Positions 18,208 to 27,743 of a DNA stretch of 36,587 nt are shown piece after piece. This stretch comes from Fibrobacteria bacterium (lineage in GTDB: Bacteria > Fibrobacterota > Fibrobacteria > UBA11236). The position numbers and the translations under genes were made by a program. The notes under the pieces were generated by a model. It was not told where the DNA came from and did no database searches. It saw nothing but the letters and a program-made list of their open reading frames with translations. The stretch's first letter is position 1, and every line of letters begins with the position of its first letter. The stretch covers positions 1 to 36,587 of the forward strand of contig JAYTHY010000045.1 of the NCBI GenBank assembly GCA_043732185.1, in the 5' to 3' direction.

Positions 18208-19524
18208 TCACGCCGCTCCTTTGAATTGTTTTAGCCTGTGCAGGGCCAGCGCCATCGTCTCTTCCCTTTTGCAGAAACAGAAACGGAGCTTATGGTGCGC
18301 CCGAGCGCCTACCAATCCGCCACCCTTGGCCCGGTAAAAGGAACTACCAGGAACCGTGGCCACTTTTACTTCCTCCACTAGGTAACGCGCCAGTTCCGCA
18401 TCGTCTCTAAACCGCGCGGCAACTTGGGATGAGGGCCCGGAGGTTTTGGACCCTTTAGGTCCGGCACCCTTAATCAAGTGCGCCACATCAGCCATGACAT
18501 AGTAGGCACCTTGCGGAACATGGCAACGAAAGCCCACTTCTTCCAAACCTTCAACCAGAAAATCCCGGCGCTTAAGATAATGGGCTGCCAAGTCCCGATA
18601 AAATTCTGGACCCAATCCCAATGCCCCACGGACAGCTTCTTGCAAGGGCGTGGCGGCGCAGACCGTCATAAAATCATGCACTTGACGTAGACCATTTGTC
18701 AGCCGCTCATGGGCTACAGCCCAGCCGACCCGCCAGCCGGTGATGCCATACGTTTTAGAGGAGCTGCCGATGGTGATGGTCAAATCCTCCAAACCCGGTA
18801 CCGAAGCCGGGCTCACATGTTGGACGCCATCATAGAGAATGTGCTCGTAAATTTCATCGGAAAAAACCAGGACGCCCCACTTTTGGCAGAGTTTGGATAT
18901 AAGTTCCAATTCCAAACGAGAGAAAACCTTTCCCGTGGGATTGTGCGGAGTATTGATGACAATGGCGGCAGTATTGGAGTTAAAGGCCCGAGCCAACTCT
19001 TTTTCATCAATGGACCAATCCGGTTCCCGTAACGTGACATACACCGGTTTGGCCCCACTTAAATAGGCATCGGGATGGTAGTTCTCGTAAAAAGGCTGGA
19101 AGAGAATGACTTCCTTACCGGGATTGAGTGTAGATAAAAAGGCGCATATCATGGCCTCGGTGGCACCACAGGTAACGGTTATGTTACGATCGGGATCGGC
19201 CGAAATTCCATTATACTCGGAATACTTTTTTGCCAGAGCCTGTCGCAGGGCAGGCATCCCCCAGGTCACGGAATATTGGTTGTAATCGGCGTCAATGGCT
19301 TTTCGGGCCAACTCTTTAAGCACCGGCTCACACGGAAAATCCGGAAACCCTTGAGCGAGATTGACACTGCCATGCACCATGGCCAACCGGGTTTGTTCAC
19401 GAATCACGGACTCGGTAAAATTTTTGAGTCGGTTGGACTTTAACGGGGTTGTGGTTTTGGGTTTGGTTTTGGTTTTGGGTTTGGAATTGGACCTGGGTTT
19501 GGACTTGGGTATAGTTTTTGCCAT
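18208..19524 (-). CDS. Class I/II PLP-dependent aminotransferase (YbdL/methionine aminotransferase-like)
   Basis: VNLAQGFPDF, GATEA, NTPHNPTGKV, DEIYE, SSSKTYGITGWRVG (PLP Lys) and RFCFCK; ATG at 19524. Confidence 0.92.
   Translation of the reverse strand: MAKTIPKSKPRSNSKPKTKTKPKTTTPLKSNRLKNFTESVIREQTRLAMVHGSVNLAQGFPDFPCEPVLKELARKAIDADYNQYSVTWGMPALRQALAKKYSEYNGISADPDRNITVTCGATEAMICAFLSTLNPGKEVILFQPFYENYHPDAYLSGAKPVYVTLREPDWSIDEKELARAFNSNTAAIVINTPHNPTGKVFSRLELELISKLCQKWGVLVFSDEIYEHILYDGVQHVSPASVPGLEDLTITIGSSSKTYGITGWRVGWAVAHERLTNGLRQVHDFMTVCAATPLQEAVRGALGLGPEFYRDLAAHYLKRRDFLVEGLEEVGFRCHVPQGAYYVMADVAHLIKGAGPKGSKTSGPSSQVAARFRDDAELARYLVEEVKVATVPGSSFYRAKGGGLVGARAHHKLRFCFCKREETMALALHRLKQFKGAA
19445..19510 (-). 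repeat. Degenerate hexamer repeat encoding a Lys-Pro/Lys-Thr N-terminal extension
   Basis: Plus strand GGTTTT/GGGTTT/GGACTT units encode PKSKPRSNSKPKTKTKPKTTTP. Confidence 0.7.
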
Positions 19525-19537
19525 GTGCAAAATCTAA

Positions 19538-20221
19538 CTAGAAAGGGATGCCGGCCAATATTCTTTTCCGCAGGAATTCAGCATACAGGTAAAATCCCAG
19601 GCGCACCTGCAAGGAATCGATTTCTGCTAAGGCCTCGGCCTCGTCCCATAGACTGAGCCGAATGTGCTCATGCTCATCGGCCTGCCCGGTTTCACCGCCG
19701 TCCAATGCTGCGATTTTTTCCGGTGGAAGGACCACTTTGCATCCAAAGTAATGAATCGCTTCATCATCAAGGCCCGCGGAGCTATACAGGGGCCGATCGC
19801 ATAACGCGTGCAACTCATGGCGGGCAATATCCAGCCCGGTCTCTTCTTTCAATTCCCGAACGGCCACACCCACAGGATCCTCGACATCGCCATCCAACAT
19901 ACCGGCTGGGAATTCCAGGCTTTCACCGCCATGTCCGATGCGCCGCTGGCGCAGCATTAAAAATTTTCGAACCCGGGTTTCTGAATTTTCAATTACCGTG
20001 ACCACCACGCTAGCATGGCCGCGCAGCAGCAAGTAAGCGGGCAGTGGTCGGCCCTCAGGATCCTCAACTTGAGTGCGGAGTAAACCGAATAGAAGCGAAC
20101 CATCGCGCTTGGACAAGGCTTGCAGCATTTCGACATTTCGAACCAGGCAGCCTGCACCTTCCACCTTGCGTTTCCACAGGCGATATTTGGGAGAATGCTG
20201 GAACAATTCCGGCTGATCCAC
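19538..20221 (-). CDS. Nudix hydrolase (ADP-sugar pyrophosphatase-like)
   Basis: Nudix box EFPAGMLD...AVRELKEETGL, YSSAGLDDE and EHEHI; GTG start with AAGGAGG SD. Confidence 0.88.
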   Translation of the reverse strand: MDQPELFQHSPKYRLWKRKVEGAGCLVRNVEMLQALSKRDGSLLFGLLRTQVEDPEGRPLPAYLLLRGHASVVVTVIENSETRVRKFLMLRQRRIGHGGESLEFPAGMLDGDVEDPVGVAVRELKEETGLDIARHELHALCDRPLYSSAGLDDEAIHYFGCKVVLPPEKIAALDGGETGQADEHEHIRLSLWDEAEALAEIDSLQVRLGFYLYAEFLRKRILAGIPF

Positions 20222-20259
20222 GCTTTCCTCCTTTTATTCAGACTGCGCCGTTAAAGATG

Positions 20260-20751
20260 CTATAGGCCTGGATGGTATTCAACACCAATTCCTACGCGAA
20301 CCAAGGCTTGCGAATTCTTTCCAATAAAATAGGATGGGATGAACGCCAGGTAATACTGGGTTTTTGTCTGTATGGGAAAGGAAACCATCATGTCACCCCC
20401 AAAGTCCACGTAGAAATCACGGATAATAGAAAACCCCAAATGCGGCCCTAATCTCAAAGCATAAGGCTGGTCCAACTTCGGCAAATAATAGAATGTCCCA
20501 TAGCCAGCAAACTCCTCCGCCGATGTCCATGTTGAAGTCTTGGGTCGGAAATGGGTGTAATTGAGATGACAGCCAAAATCCCAGTCCGTATCCAGATTTC
20601 TAATACCCCCGAATGTACCTCCCCATCCCAATTTGAAATTGTCATCGTAAATAGCCGCACGCGGCCCAGCATCATAGCTCCAAGTGCTGGCGGCTGCCGC
20701 AGGCAAATACAATAGCGGTAAGCAGGCCAACAGATGACGGAAATTTCCCAT
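20260..20751 (-). CDS. Small outer-membrane beta-barrel protein
   Basis: AAGGAG SD before ATG 20751; signal peptide; alternating aromatic/Gly strands; terminal strand VRVGIGVEY. Confidence 0.7.
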   Translation of the reverse strand: MGNFRHLLACLPLLYLPAAAASTWSYDAGPRAAIYDDNFKLGWGGTFGGIRNLDTDWDFGCHLNYTHFRPKTSTWTSAEEFAGYGTFYYLPKLDQPYALRLGPHLGFSIIRDFYVDFGGDMMVSFPIQTKTQYYLAFIPSYFIGKNSQALVRVGIGVEYHPGL

Positions 20752-20987
20752 CAGGATCTCCTTCAAGGGGTATAGTACCCGATACAACTTAATGTTTGAT
20801 ATGTATGGCCAGAAATATACGGCCTAAATCAAAGGAAGGCAACTGAAGTAAACACTGCGGATGTCCAATCAAATAAACAAAGCGAGACGGGTTCTCCCGT
20901 TCCTTCCGCAGTTACAGCTAGAATTACCATCTCAATGGGAGTGACCGTGGCAACCGCAACAGCAGTACCAACGGCAGTCGGAATTCT

Positions 20988-21872
20988 TTACAACGGTCCA
21001 GCCCAGTCACGCGGTTTGAGGAAATAGCTCGTCAACTTTTCCTCCGCGCTACCGGGCACTGGTGTATAGCCATAAATCCACTTGGCCAATGGAGGCATGG
21101 ACATCAGAATGGACTCTGTACGGCCTCCAGATTGCAGACCAAAGAGTGTTCCCCTATCATGGAGCAAATTAAATTCCACATAGCGCGCCCGCCGATAAAG
21201 CTGAAAATCCCTTTGCTTCTCAGAGCAGTCTTCACTTTGATTCACAAGAAAGGGCTTGTACAAATCGGGAAAGCCCATGCCCAGTGCCTCCGTAAAGGCT
21301 AAATCTTTTTCTTTGTCCACTTGCAGATGGTCGAAGAACAAACCGCCGATGCCGCGCGCTTCACTGCGGTGTTTGAGAAAAAAGTAGGCATCACAGGCTT
21401 GCTTAAAGGCTGGATAATCCCGGCCATGGGTCAAGCAGAGGGCGCGCAGCGCGCGGTGAAAGGACACCACTTGGCTCTCCACCGGGTAGTAAGGCGTAAG
21501 GTCGATGCCACCGCCAAACCAGGACACCTCACCCGCTTCGAAATAGCGGATATTCATGTGGATGGTAGGAACATGTGGGTTACGGGGGTGAAGCACCAAG
21601 CTCACGCCAGTGGCGGTAAACCGAGTGCCGGGCGGAATTTTAAATTGCATGGCGGCCGAGGGCGGAAGGGAGTCGCCCTGGATGGCCGAAAACCCCACAC
21701 CCCCTTTTTCCAAAAGGGGTCCTGCTTCCCAGACTCTGGTAATACCGCCGCCGCCGCCGGCATAGTTCCAGGCATCCTCGCGATAAGGCACATCCACGCC
21801 GCTTAGAAAAGCGCAAATATGATCCTGCACCTTTCGAAAGCGTTCTGCAACGGTATCCTTGAAGAGCGGCAT
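20988..21872 (-). CDS. hemF: Oxygen-dependent coproporphyrinogen III oxidase
   Basis: EKGGV, ATGVSLVLHPRNPHVPTIHMN, WFGGGIDLTPYY, RGIGGLFFD and RYVEFNLLHDRGTLFGLQSGGRTESILMSMPP motifs. Confidence 0.97.
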   Translation of the reverse strand: MPLFKDTVAERFRKVQDHICAFLSGVDVPYREDAWNYAGGGGGITRVWEAGPLLEKGGVGFSAIQGDSLPPSAAMQFKIPPGTRFTATGVSLVLHPRNPHVPTIHMNIRYFEAGEVSWFGGGIDLTPYYPVESQVVSFHRALRALCLTHGRDYPAFKQACDAYFFLKHRSEARGIGGLFFDHLQVDKEKDLAFTEALGMGFPDLYKPFLVNQSEDCSEKQRDFQLYRRARYVEFNLLHDRGTLFGLQSGGRTESILMSMPPLAKWIYGYTPVPGSAEEKLTSYFLKPRDWAGPL

Positions 21873-21949
21873 AGTGAAAGTCCAAGTTAGAAAAATTGCT
21901 ATTTTTTCGCCCGATCCTTTTCCTTTCCTACCCTTTCCAAGGCGGTTGC

Positions 21950-22819
21950 ATGGGTGATTTCACATACTTTTGGCAGCACCTACCTGAGAAACTGGACCCG
22001 GTGCTCTTCCATTTGGGGCCACTGCGCATCCAATGGTACGGCCTTATGTATATCGTCGCCTTTACCATTGTCTTCTTTGTTTCCCGCTACCGAACCCGTA
22101 CGGAAAGCCGTTTCCCTTACGATGAAGAATTCCTCAAGAACATCCTGACTTATGGATTCATCGGAGTCCTTATTGGAGGACGGCTGGGCTATGTGCTGTT
22201 CTACAACCTTCCGTATTACCTAGCCCACCCATTGGAAATCATTCTCCCCTTCAGCATGGAAAACGGCTTCAAGTTTACGGGCATTTCCGGCATGTCCTAT
22301 CATGGGGGAGTCACCGGTGCCCTTATCGGCAGCGCCCTCTTTGCCCGCCGTTACAAAGTGAATTTCTGGAATCTCTGCGACCTTTTTGTACCTGCCTCCG
22401 CGCTCGGCTATACCTGCGGCCGCCTCGGCAATTTCATCAACGGTGAACTGTGGGGCCGATTGACCACCTCCTCCATCGGCATGTACTTTCCCTTGGCACC
22501 GGATGCGACTTCGCTGCGTCACCCCTCGCAGCTGTACGAAGCTTTTTTTGAAGGTATTTTTTTATTCGTTGTGCTGTGGTCGCTGCGCAAGCGCAGTCTG
22601 CCGCAAGGTTCCATGGCCGCTTTCTACTTGTTCGGATACGGCTTTGTACGCTTCTTTATTGAATTCTTCCGACAACCGGATGCCCATTTGGGTTTCGTCT
22701 TCCTGAACCGGTTTTCCATGGGACAAATATTATGTTCCTTGATGATGGGGATTGGAATCGGCCTGTACCTGTTTCTCCAATTCCGGTCCAAGCCCGCCGC
22801 CGAGCCTCCGACTGCCTGA
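21950..22819 (+). CDS. lgt: Prolipoprotein diacylglyceryl transferase
   Basis: WYGLMY, GGRLGYVLFY, GMSYHGG, GRLGNFINGELWGR, RHPSQLYE, RFFIEFFRQPD and MGQ motifs; ATG at 21950. Confidence 0.97.
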   Translation: MGDFTYFWQHLPEKLDPVLFHLGPLRIQWYGLMYIVAFTIVFFVSRYRTRTESRFPYDEEFLKNILTYGFIGVLIGGRLGYVLFYNLPYYLAHPLEIILPFSMENGFKFTGISGMSYHGGVTGALIGSALFARRYKVNFWNLCDLFVPASALGYTCGRLGNFINGELWGRLTTSSIGMYFPLAPDATSLRHPSQLYEAFFEGIFLFVVLWSLRKRSLPQGSMAAFYLFGYGFVRFFIEFFRQPDAHLGFVFLNRFSMGQILCSLMMGIGIGLYLFLQFRSKPAAEPPTA

Positions 22820-23932
22820 CCGCCTCAAGGCGCGGTTGCCAAGCTGGCCGCAGGCGGCCATGGTCTCCTGACCTTTGGTACCGCGCACCCGGCAGTACTG
22901 GCCCGCTTCCATCAGCCAACGGTAAAACTGAACCACTCCTTCCCGCTCCGGCCTTCCATACGGCGAGTGAAGTCTGGGATTATACGGGATGAGATTCACG
23001 CAAGTAGTGAGGCCGCGCAAGTATTCGGCCACTTCCAGCGCATGCTCGCGCGCATCGTTTACGCCCGGGATGAGTACATATTCCATAAATATGAAATCGC
23101 CTTTGCGTGCGAGCGGAAAATCAAGCAAAGCCTGTTTCAACTCCGCCATCGACCATTTGATATTCACCGGCATGATTTGCTTCCGAATCGAATCATTGGG
23201 AGCGTTCAAGCTGACTGCGAGCCGTAGGCGGGAAAATCCAAGTGGCGGAGGCAACCGAGCCAGCGCTGTCAATCGCCGGATGCCATCCACATGGCCAACT
23301 GTTGAAATTGTGATGGATGTTTGGGCGATATTTAATCCGCGTTGATCGGAAAGAATGCGGATGGCCTGCAAGACCTGATCCAAATTGTCCATGGGTTCAC
23401 CCATGCCCATAAAGACCAGATTCTCAACCGGCTCCTGGAGCAAATGTCGAGCGGCCCAAACCTGGGACACAATTTCTCCAGCGTCCAAACTGCGCAGCAA
23501 TCCCATTTGCGCGGTTTCGCAAAAAGTGCAGCCCATTTTACAGCCAACCTGGGAAGAAATACACAGCGACTTATAATGCCGCATGGGAATGACTACCGAT
23601 TCGCTTTCAAGCCCATCTTTAAGCCGCATCAGAAATTTAAAAGCCTGACCTGATGGTACCGCGCTCACCGGTTCCTGACGAGCAGACGTTTGGTCACTCG
23701 CATGCACTTTATCGGGAGTACGATCCAAAATTTCCGGACGCCGGAAAGTATAGGTCGAATAAACCGCTTCCGCTAACGCTGGATTGGCTTTGAACTCAGG
23801 GAGCAATCGCGGATCTACCACACCCTGGCGATAGAGAGAACGAAACAAGGCACCGGCATGGTACTCGCCTTTGCCGAACCGGGCCCCAAAGTCCGCTACC
23901 AAACCCGCATAATCATACTGGAGGACGTCCAT
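22730..23932 (-). CDS. rlmN: RlmN-family radical SAM RNA methyltransferase
   Basis: CISSQVGCKMGCTFC, MGMGEP, SLNA, EYVLIPGVND, NLIPYNP and AACGQL motifs; ATG at 23932 chosen; 3' end overlaps lgt by 90 bp. Confidence 0.93.
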   Translation of the reverse strand: MDVLQYDYAGLVADFGARFGKGEYHAGALFRSLYRQGVVDPRLLPEFKANPALAEAVYSTYTFRRPEILDRTPDKVHASDQTSARQEPVSAVPSGQAFKFLMRLKDGLESESVVIPMRHYKSLCISSQVGCKMGCTFCETAQMGLLRSLDAGEIVSQVWAARHLLQEPVENLVFMGMGEPMDNLDQVLQAIRILSDQRGLNIAQTSITISTVGHVDGIRRLTALARLPPPLGFSRLRLAVSLNAPNDSIRKQIMPVNIKWSMAELKQALLDFPLARKGDFIFMEYVLIPGVNDAREHALEVAEYLRGLTTCVNLIPYNPRLHSPYGRPEREGVVQFYRWLMEAGQYCRVRGTKGQETMAACGQLGNRALRRSGSRRLGGGLGPELEKQVQADSNPHHQGT

Positions 23933-24084
23933 AATTATGCATATATGAAGTCGTGGAAAGGCTTCCAAGGGCAAATCCACACTATTCTGCATTGATTTTG
24001 AGATTTTCTAAGCTTTCTGTATCTGTTTACGCGCCGTCATTCGTCTTATGTCCCAGAAACCCGGACACTTTTGGAGGAATCAGT

Positions 24085-26142
24085 ATGAATATTCACAAAA
24101 ATCACACCCCAGCCATGGCGGGTGCTGCATTGATGCTAGGCACGGCCTTGCTTTCAGGCTGTTTGTTTGGCGGCGACGGAAATGCCCCAGCCACTATCGA
24201 TACTCCCATTAAGGTCACGGCCTGCCAGGACTTGGCGCCGGCCTTACAGAAGACCGCCGATTCCTTGGTTGTATTGGGCACGGCACAATTGACCGGTGAT
24301 TTTGAATATATGTTCAGCGATACGGTTCAGGACTGGAATGGTTTTAAATCGCGGAGCACGGCCGGGGCATTGCAAACTTTCGACCAAGCGCTTAAAGTTG
24401 CACCCAGCCATTGCGGGGCCATGTTTGGCAAAGCCGTGGCTTCTGCGATGATGATCACGCAGGATCCAAAACTCGATGCCTTTGTTAAAAAAGCGCAAGC
24501 GTACAGCGACTCCAACGGCACCAGTAATATAGCGGCTCAACAAGTCCATTCGGGATTGGCTTTGGTCAAATTGTCTCCTGATCAAGGGGCTGCGGTATTG
24601 CTTAAATTGTCGGCCGAAATGAAATATTTTGATCCACCCACCGTGGTGGAATTTCAAGCTTTGGTCGAAAGTACGTTGATGCCAAAACTGGATTCGACCA
24701 TCGCCTCCATGGATGCAGCCCTCAAGTTTGATTCTTTCGCATTTGAATTCACCAACAAGCGTGGGATGACCTATCAACTGGACCACGGCGAGATTGGCCC
24801 CTTGTTGGCCGGATTGAAAGTGGCCAAAGCCTTTTTGACGCTTGTGGCCGGGTATCAATGGGAAGTGGCCTTGGATGGAAAGTACGGATGGGCTGATACC
24901 CTCGCCAATATTGGCAACCAGAATTTTTCCGGCGATTTGCCCACAAATGATTACGACCACTTGCGCCCCAGTCAAATCGCGGCCTTGGACCATCTAACCG
25001 GATTGTTCTCAACGAGCAGTTCGTTCAGCAAGATCAAGCCGACCTGGAAAGCCAAAGTGAAAAACATTCCGGTTCTATTGTTATCCGCGGTAGAAGATGC
25101 CCAGAAGGGGCTTCGCTTTGCCATTGCTGAAGCAGGTAAGAGCACTGGACAGGAGCATGATGTGTATGTGGTGGGAACGGGAATGGATGCCGATGTGGAT
25201 CCAGCTGATTTGTTGGAAGCCGTGGATTTGCTGGAAAGGTCAAAAAAATATTTGACCGGGGTTGTACCTCTCACGTATAACAAAGGTTTTCGCACCCTAA
25301 AAGTCAATTTCACAAAATTGTTCGACATGGAAGACATACAGAGCAAGCTGCCCTACTTCAAATTCTATCCCTATGCAGAGTGGAATGACACGATAAAGGC
25401 TGATACAAATTGGACTCCGTATCGAGGATATGAAACGGACCGTGAGATTATCAGCAGATCGAACATCAACATTGGGAACGGATATGCCGTCTCTGTCAGG
25501 GGAAACGCTGGATTTATTTTAACCGATACCTTAAATATTATCCTGAGCGGCCAATATTATAAAAGAGACTCGCTGTACTTTGATCCAAACCCACTTCTTG
25601 CCACGGTAACGCCAGTGCCGGGAAGCGCATGCATGTTCACCTTTAATAAAGAGTTTGAACCGGCACTTCTACCAGCTGATCCCGGCTCTCCTCCGGGAAG
25701 TATGCCACTGTACACTTTAAAAGCAGCCAAGTCACATGGCACCTTTAAACTTTCCGGTTGCCGCGAAAATTTTGGCGATGTGGAGTACGTGGGTTATATC
25801 GATGCCACATTGAAGGGACCCCTCTACTTCACCAATGCTGCAGGGGATAAAACCATTGATCTATTTGCCATGAATAACCAACCGGATTTGGCGGCCCTTA
25901 AGTCCCAAATATTTTTCCGGGATCCTACTTTTGGTGGACTCTTCCCAGACCTGACACAGGATAATATTTGGGATGTCATTCAGTCCCTGAGGTTTGTGGA
26001 ACCTCGCACGCGACAAGTATGTGAGGAAGTTATAGATGCCAACGGGATGTATACCTATACCTGCCATACTATAAAGCCTGCTAACCCCTCCGATTTGGAT
26101 TTGTTTATTTCCGTTACCAATTGGATGGATGTCGTACTATAA
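24085..26142 (+). CDS. Large uncharacterised lipoprotein
   Basis: GGAGG SD, ATG at 24085 and lipobox LSGC; TPR-like segment FDQALKVAPSHCGAMFG; helical body with a beta-rich insert. Confidence 0.8.
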   Translation: MNIHKNHTPAMAGAALMLGTALLSGCLFGGDGNAPATIDTPIKVTACQDLAPALQKTADSLVVLGTAQLTGDFEYMFSDTVQDWNGFKSRSTAGALQTFDQALKVAPSHCGAMFGKAVASAMMITQDPKLDAFVKKAQAYSDSNGTSNIAAQQVHSGLALVKLSPDQGAAVLLKLSAEMKYFDPPTVVEFQALVESTLMPKLDSTIASMDAALKFDSFAFEFTNKRGMTYQLDHGEIGPLLAGLKVAKAFLTLVAGYQWEVALDGKYGWADTLANIGNQNFSGDLPTNDYDHLRPSQIAALDHLTGLFSTSSSFSKIKPTWKAKVKNIPVLLLSAVEDAQKGLRFAIAEAGKSTGQEHDVYVVGTGMDADVDPADLLEAVDLLERSKKYLTGVVPLTYNKGFRTLKVNFTKLFDMEDIQSKLPYFKFYPYAEWNDTIKADTNWTPYRGYETDREIISRSNINIGNGYAVSVRGNAGFILTDTLNIILSGQYYKRDSLYFDPNPLLATVTPVPGSACMFTFNKEFEPALLPADPGSPPGSMPLYTLKAAKSHGTFKLSGCRENFGDVEYVGYIDATLKGPLYFTNAAGDKTIDLFAMNNQPDLAALKSQIFFRDPTFGGLFPDLTQDNIWDVIQSLRFVEPRTRQVCEEVIDANGMYTYTCHTIKPANPSDLDLFISVTNWMDVVL

Positions 26143-27721
26143 AGGAATTGCATTTGGCCTGATGCTGGGACTGGGGCTCGGACCCGCACCAGCACAGGCC
26201 CAAACCCTTCCCGTTCTCGATGGCGCTGGAGTCGATGCAGATGCATTGGTTTTCCATCGCCAGGAACCGGCATTTTTTAACTCCGCCTTTTCCGAATGGA
26301 TGAATCTGGGTGCGCTCCGATTAGCCAGCAGTTCTACTTGGACGCCGACCTTAAAAAATACGGGGACGGAGTCGGTCACACTTCGCTCCTATCAGGAATC
26401 CCAAACGCTGTACCTTGCTCTCGGAACTTGGGCGGATTTAAAATTAGGCCGTTATACAATGTATTCTACTTACGCCTTTCGGGATTCCGCAGCCTATGCC
26501 GCACAGTTGCAATCGGATAGGCATGGCTATCCCGTTGGCGTGCTCTACCACCTGCTTAAACAAGATATGCAAGGAACCCATTTCGATTTGCTCCTTGATT
26601 TTAAGGCTGTGGAAAAATTGGAATACCATCTGGGATTTCAATGGAGTCGCCCAGATGTCGTTGGCCAATCGCGCTATTTCAGCTTGGAATGTCTGCATAC
26701 GTATCGGGATGCCAGCGACCCATTTCTCTTTGCGGACCTACGCCCTTCCGGCACCAAAGAACAGTTGTCCGGCACTTACAATGCCCGGTATCAAAGCCTT
26801 TCCGCGCTGTCCGAAACACGCCTTGGCCCGGGCATCTGGGGAGCCAGTGCGCTGTATACTTGGAGCCAACCGAAGCTGCCCAAGGGAGAATACGGATTCA
26901 CGGACTCATCGCAGTCCTTAAAGCTTGGACTTCAGTTCAAGGGAACACGCAAGCTCCCATCCTTGTGGTATGCCTACACGGAAGGACGCACACGCACATC
27001 CGGCATTCGAGTCCCGCCCGGTTCCGAAGGAAGCAAACGGTTTCACTATGCCTTGTCCAGCCACACCTTGCAGGAATTGCGAATGGAAAGCCATCGCCAT
27101 GAATGGATTCCCAAGGTATCCAGTTCCGTGGGCCTGGCAGGCAGTTATTTTTCGTTACAATCCGAACCCTCTCAATCAGCCATCGATCAGCATAAGGAAA
27201 CCTTAAGCTACAATCGATTGGGTTTGTCCTTTATTGCGGACATGTACGGCGGCTTTTCCCGCAGTGGAGAACTGATTGGCCTGAATGGAAAAATAGAACA
27301 ACTAGAATTGGTGACACATCACGAGCTACATCTGTCCACTTTGCGCCTGCTGCTGGACCTGCCCATCATTTTGACTTATATGGACGCATCCATGCATGGC
27401 GAAACCCATACCCAAGGCTTGTTTACCACCAGTGTAGATCGCGTTTATGATTTTGGTAAGACGGGCCGGATTCTTTCCCTCACGCCCAGATTGAAGGGAG
27501 AATGGCAAGTGGGAACGTTGGGTCAGGGCAAATTGAAAATGGGAGCCAAGGCCAGCCAAGCCATTTTTCTTTGGAACGATGTAGAAAATAGGCCGGGCAC
27601 GTCCTCTAACCCTGCAAAGCCATCGGACCCACCAAAAGCAACCGCATCTACCTCGACCGCAGACTATCCGCCTCTATCCAACGGCTTTCTAGGTGAGATC
27701 TCCATGGCTCTAGACTTTTAG
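26129..27721 (+). CDS. Uncharacterised outer-membrane beta-barrel protein
   Basis: Signal peptide (AQA|Q), amphipathic beta-strand pattern and C-terminal Phe (ISMALDF); overlaps the lipoprotein stop. Confidence 0.7.
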   Translation: MSYYKGIAFGLMLGLGLGPAPAQAQTLPVLDGAGVDADALVFHRQEPAFFNSAFSEWMNLGALRLASSSTWTPTLKNTGTESVTLRSYQESQTLYLALGTWADLKLGRYTMYSTYAFRDSAAYAAQLQSDRHGYPVGVLYHLLKQDMQGTHFDLLLDFKAVEKLEYHLGFQWSRPDVVGQSRYFSLECLHTYRDASDPFLFADLRPSGTKEQLSGTYNARYQSLSALSETRLGPGIWGASALYTWSQPKLPKGEYGFTDSSQSLKLGLQFKGTRKLPSLWYAYTEGRTRTSGIRVPPGSEGSKRFHYALSSHTLQELRMESHRHEWIPKVSSSVGLAGSYFSLQSEPSQSAIDQHKETLSYNRLGLSFIADMYGGFSRSGELIGLNGKIEQLELVTHHELHLSTLRLLLDLPIILTYMDASMHGETHTQGLFTTSVDRVYDFGKTGRILSLTPRLKGEWQVGTLGQGKLKMGAKASQAIFLWNDVENRPGTSSNPAKPSDPPKATASTSTADYPPLSNGFLGEISMALDF

Positions 27722-27743
27722 CATTTCAATGCTTTTATTCCAA

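Noticed and set aside
22730..23932. Cfr-type antibiotic resistance methyltransferase
   Set aside because: The motifs are shared across RlmN/Cfr, and the housekeeping context gives no support for Cfr; a phylogeny would be needed.
24244..24993. 249-aa minus-strand ORF
   Set aside because: It lies antisense within the lipoprotein gene and reads as a typical shadow frame.
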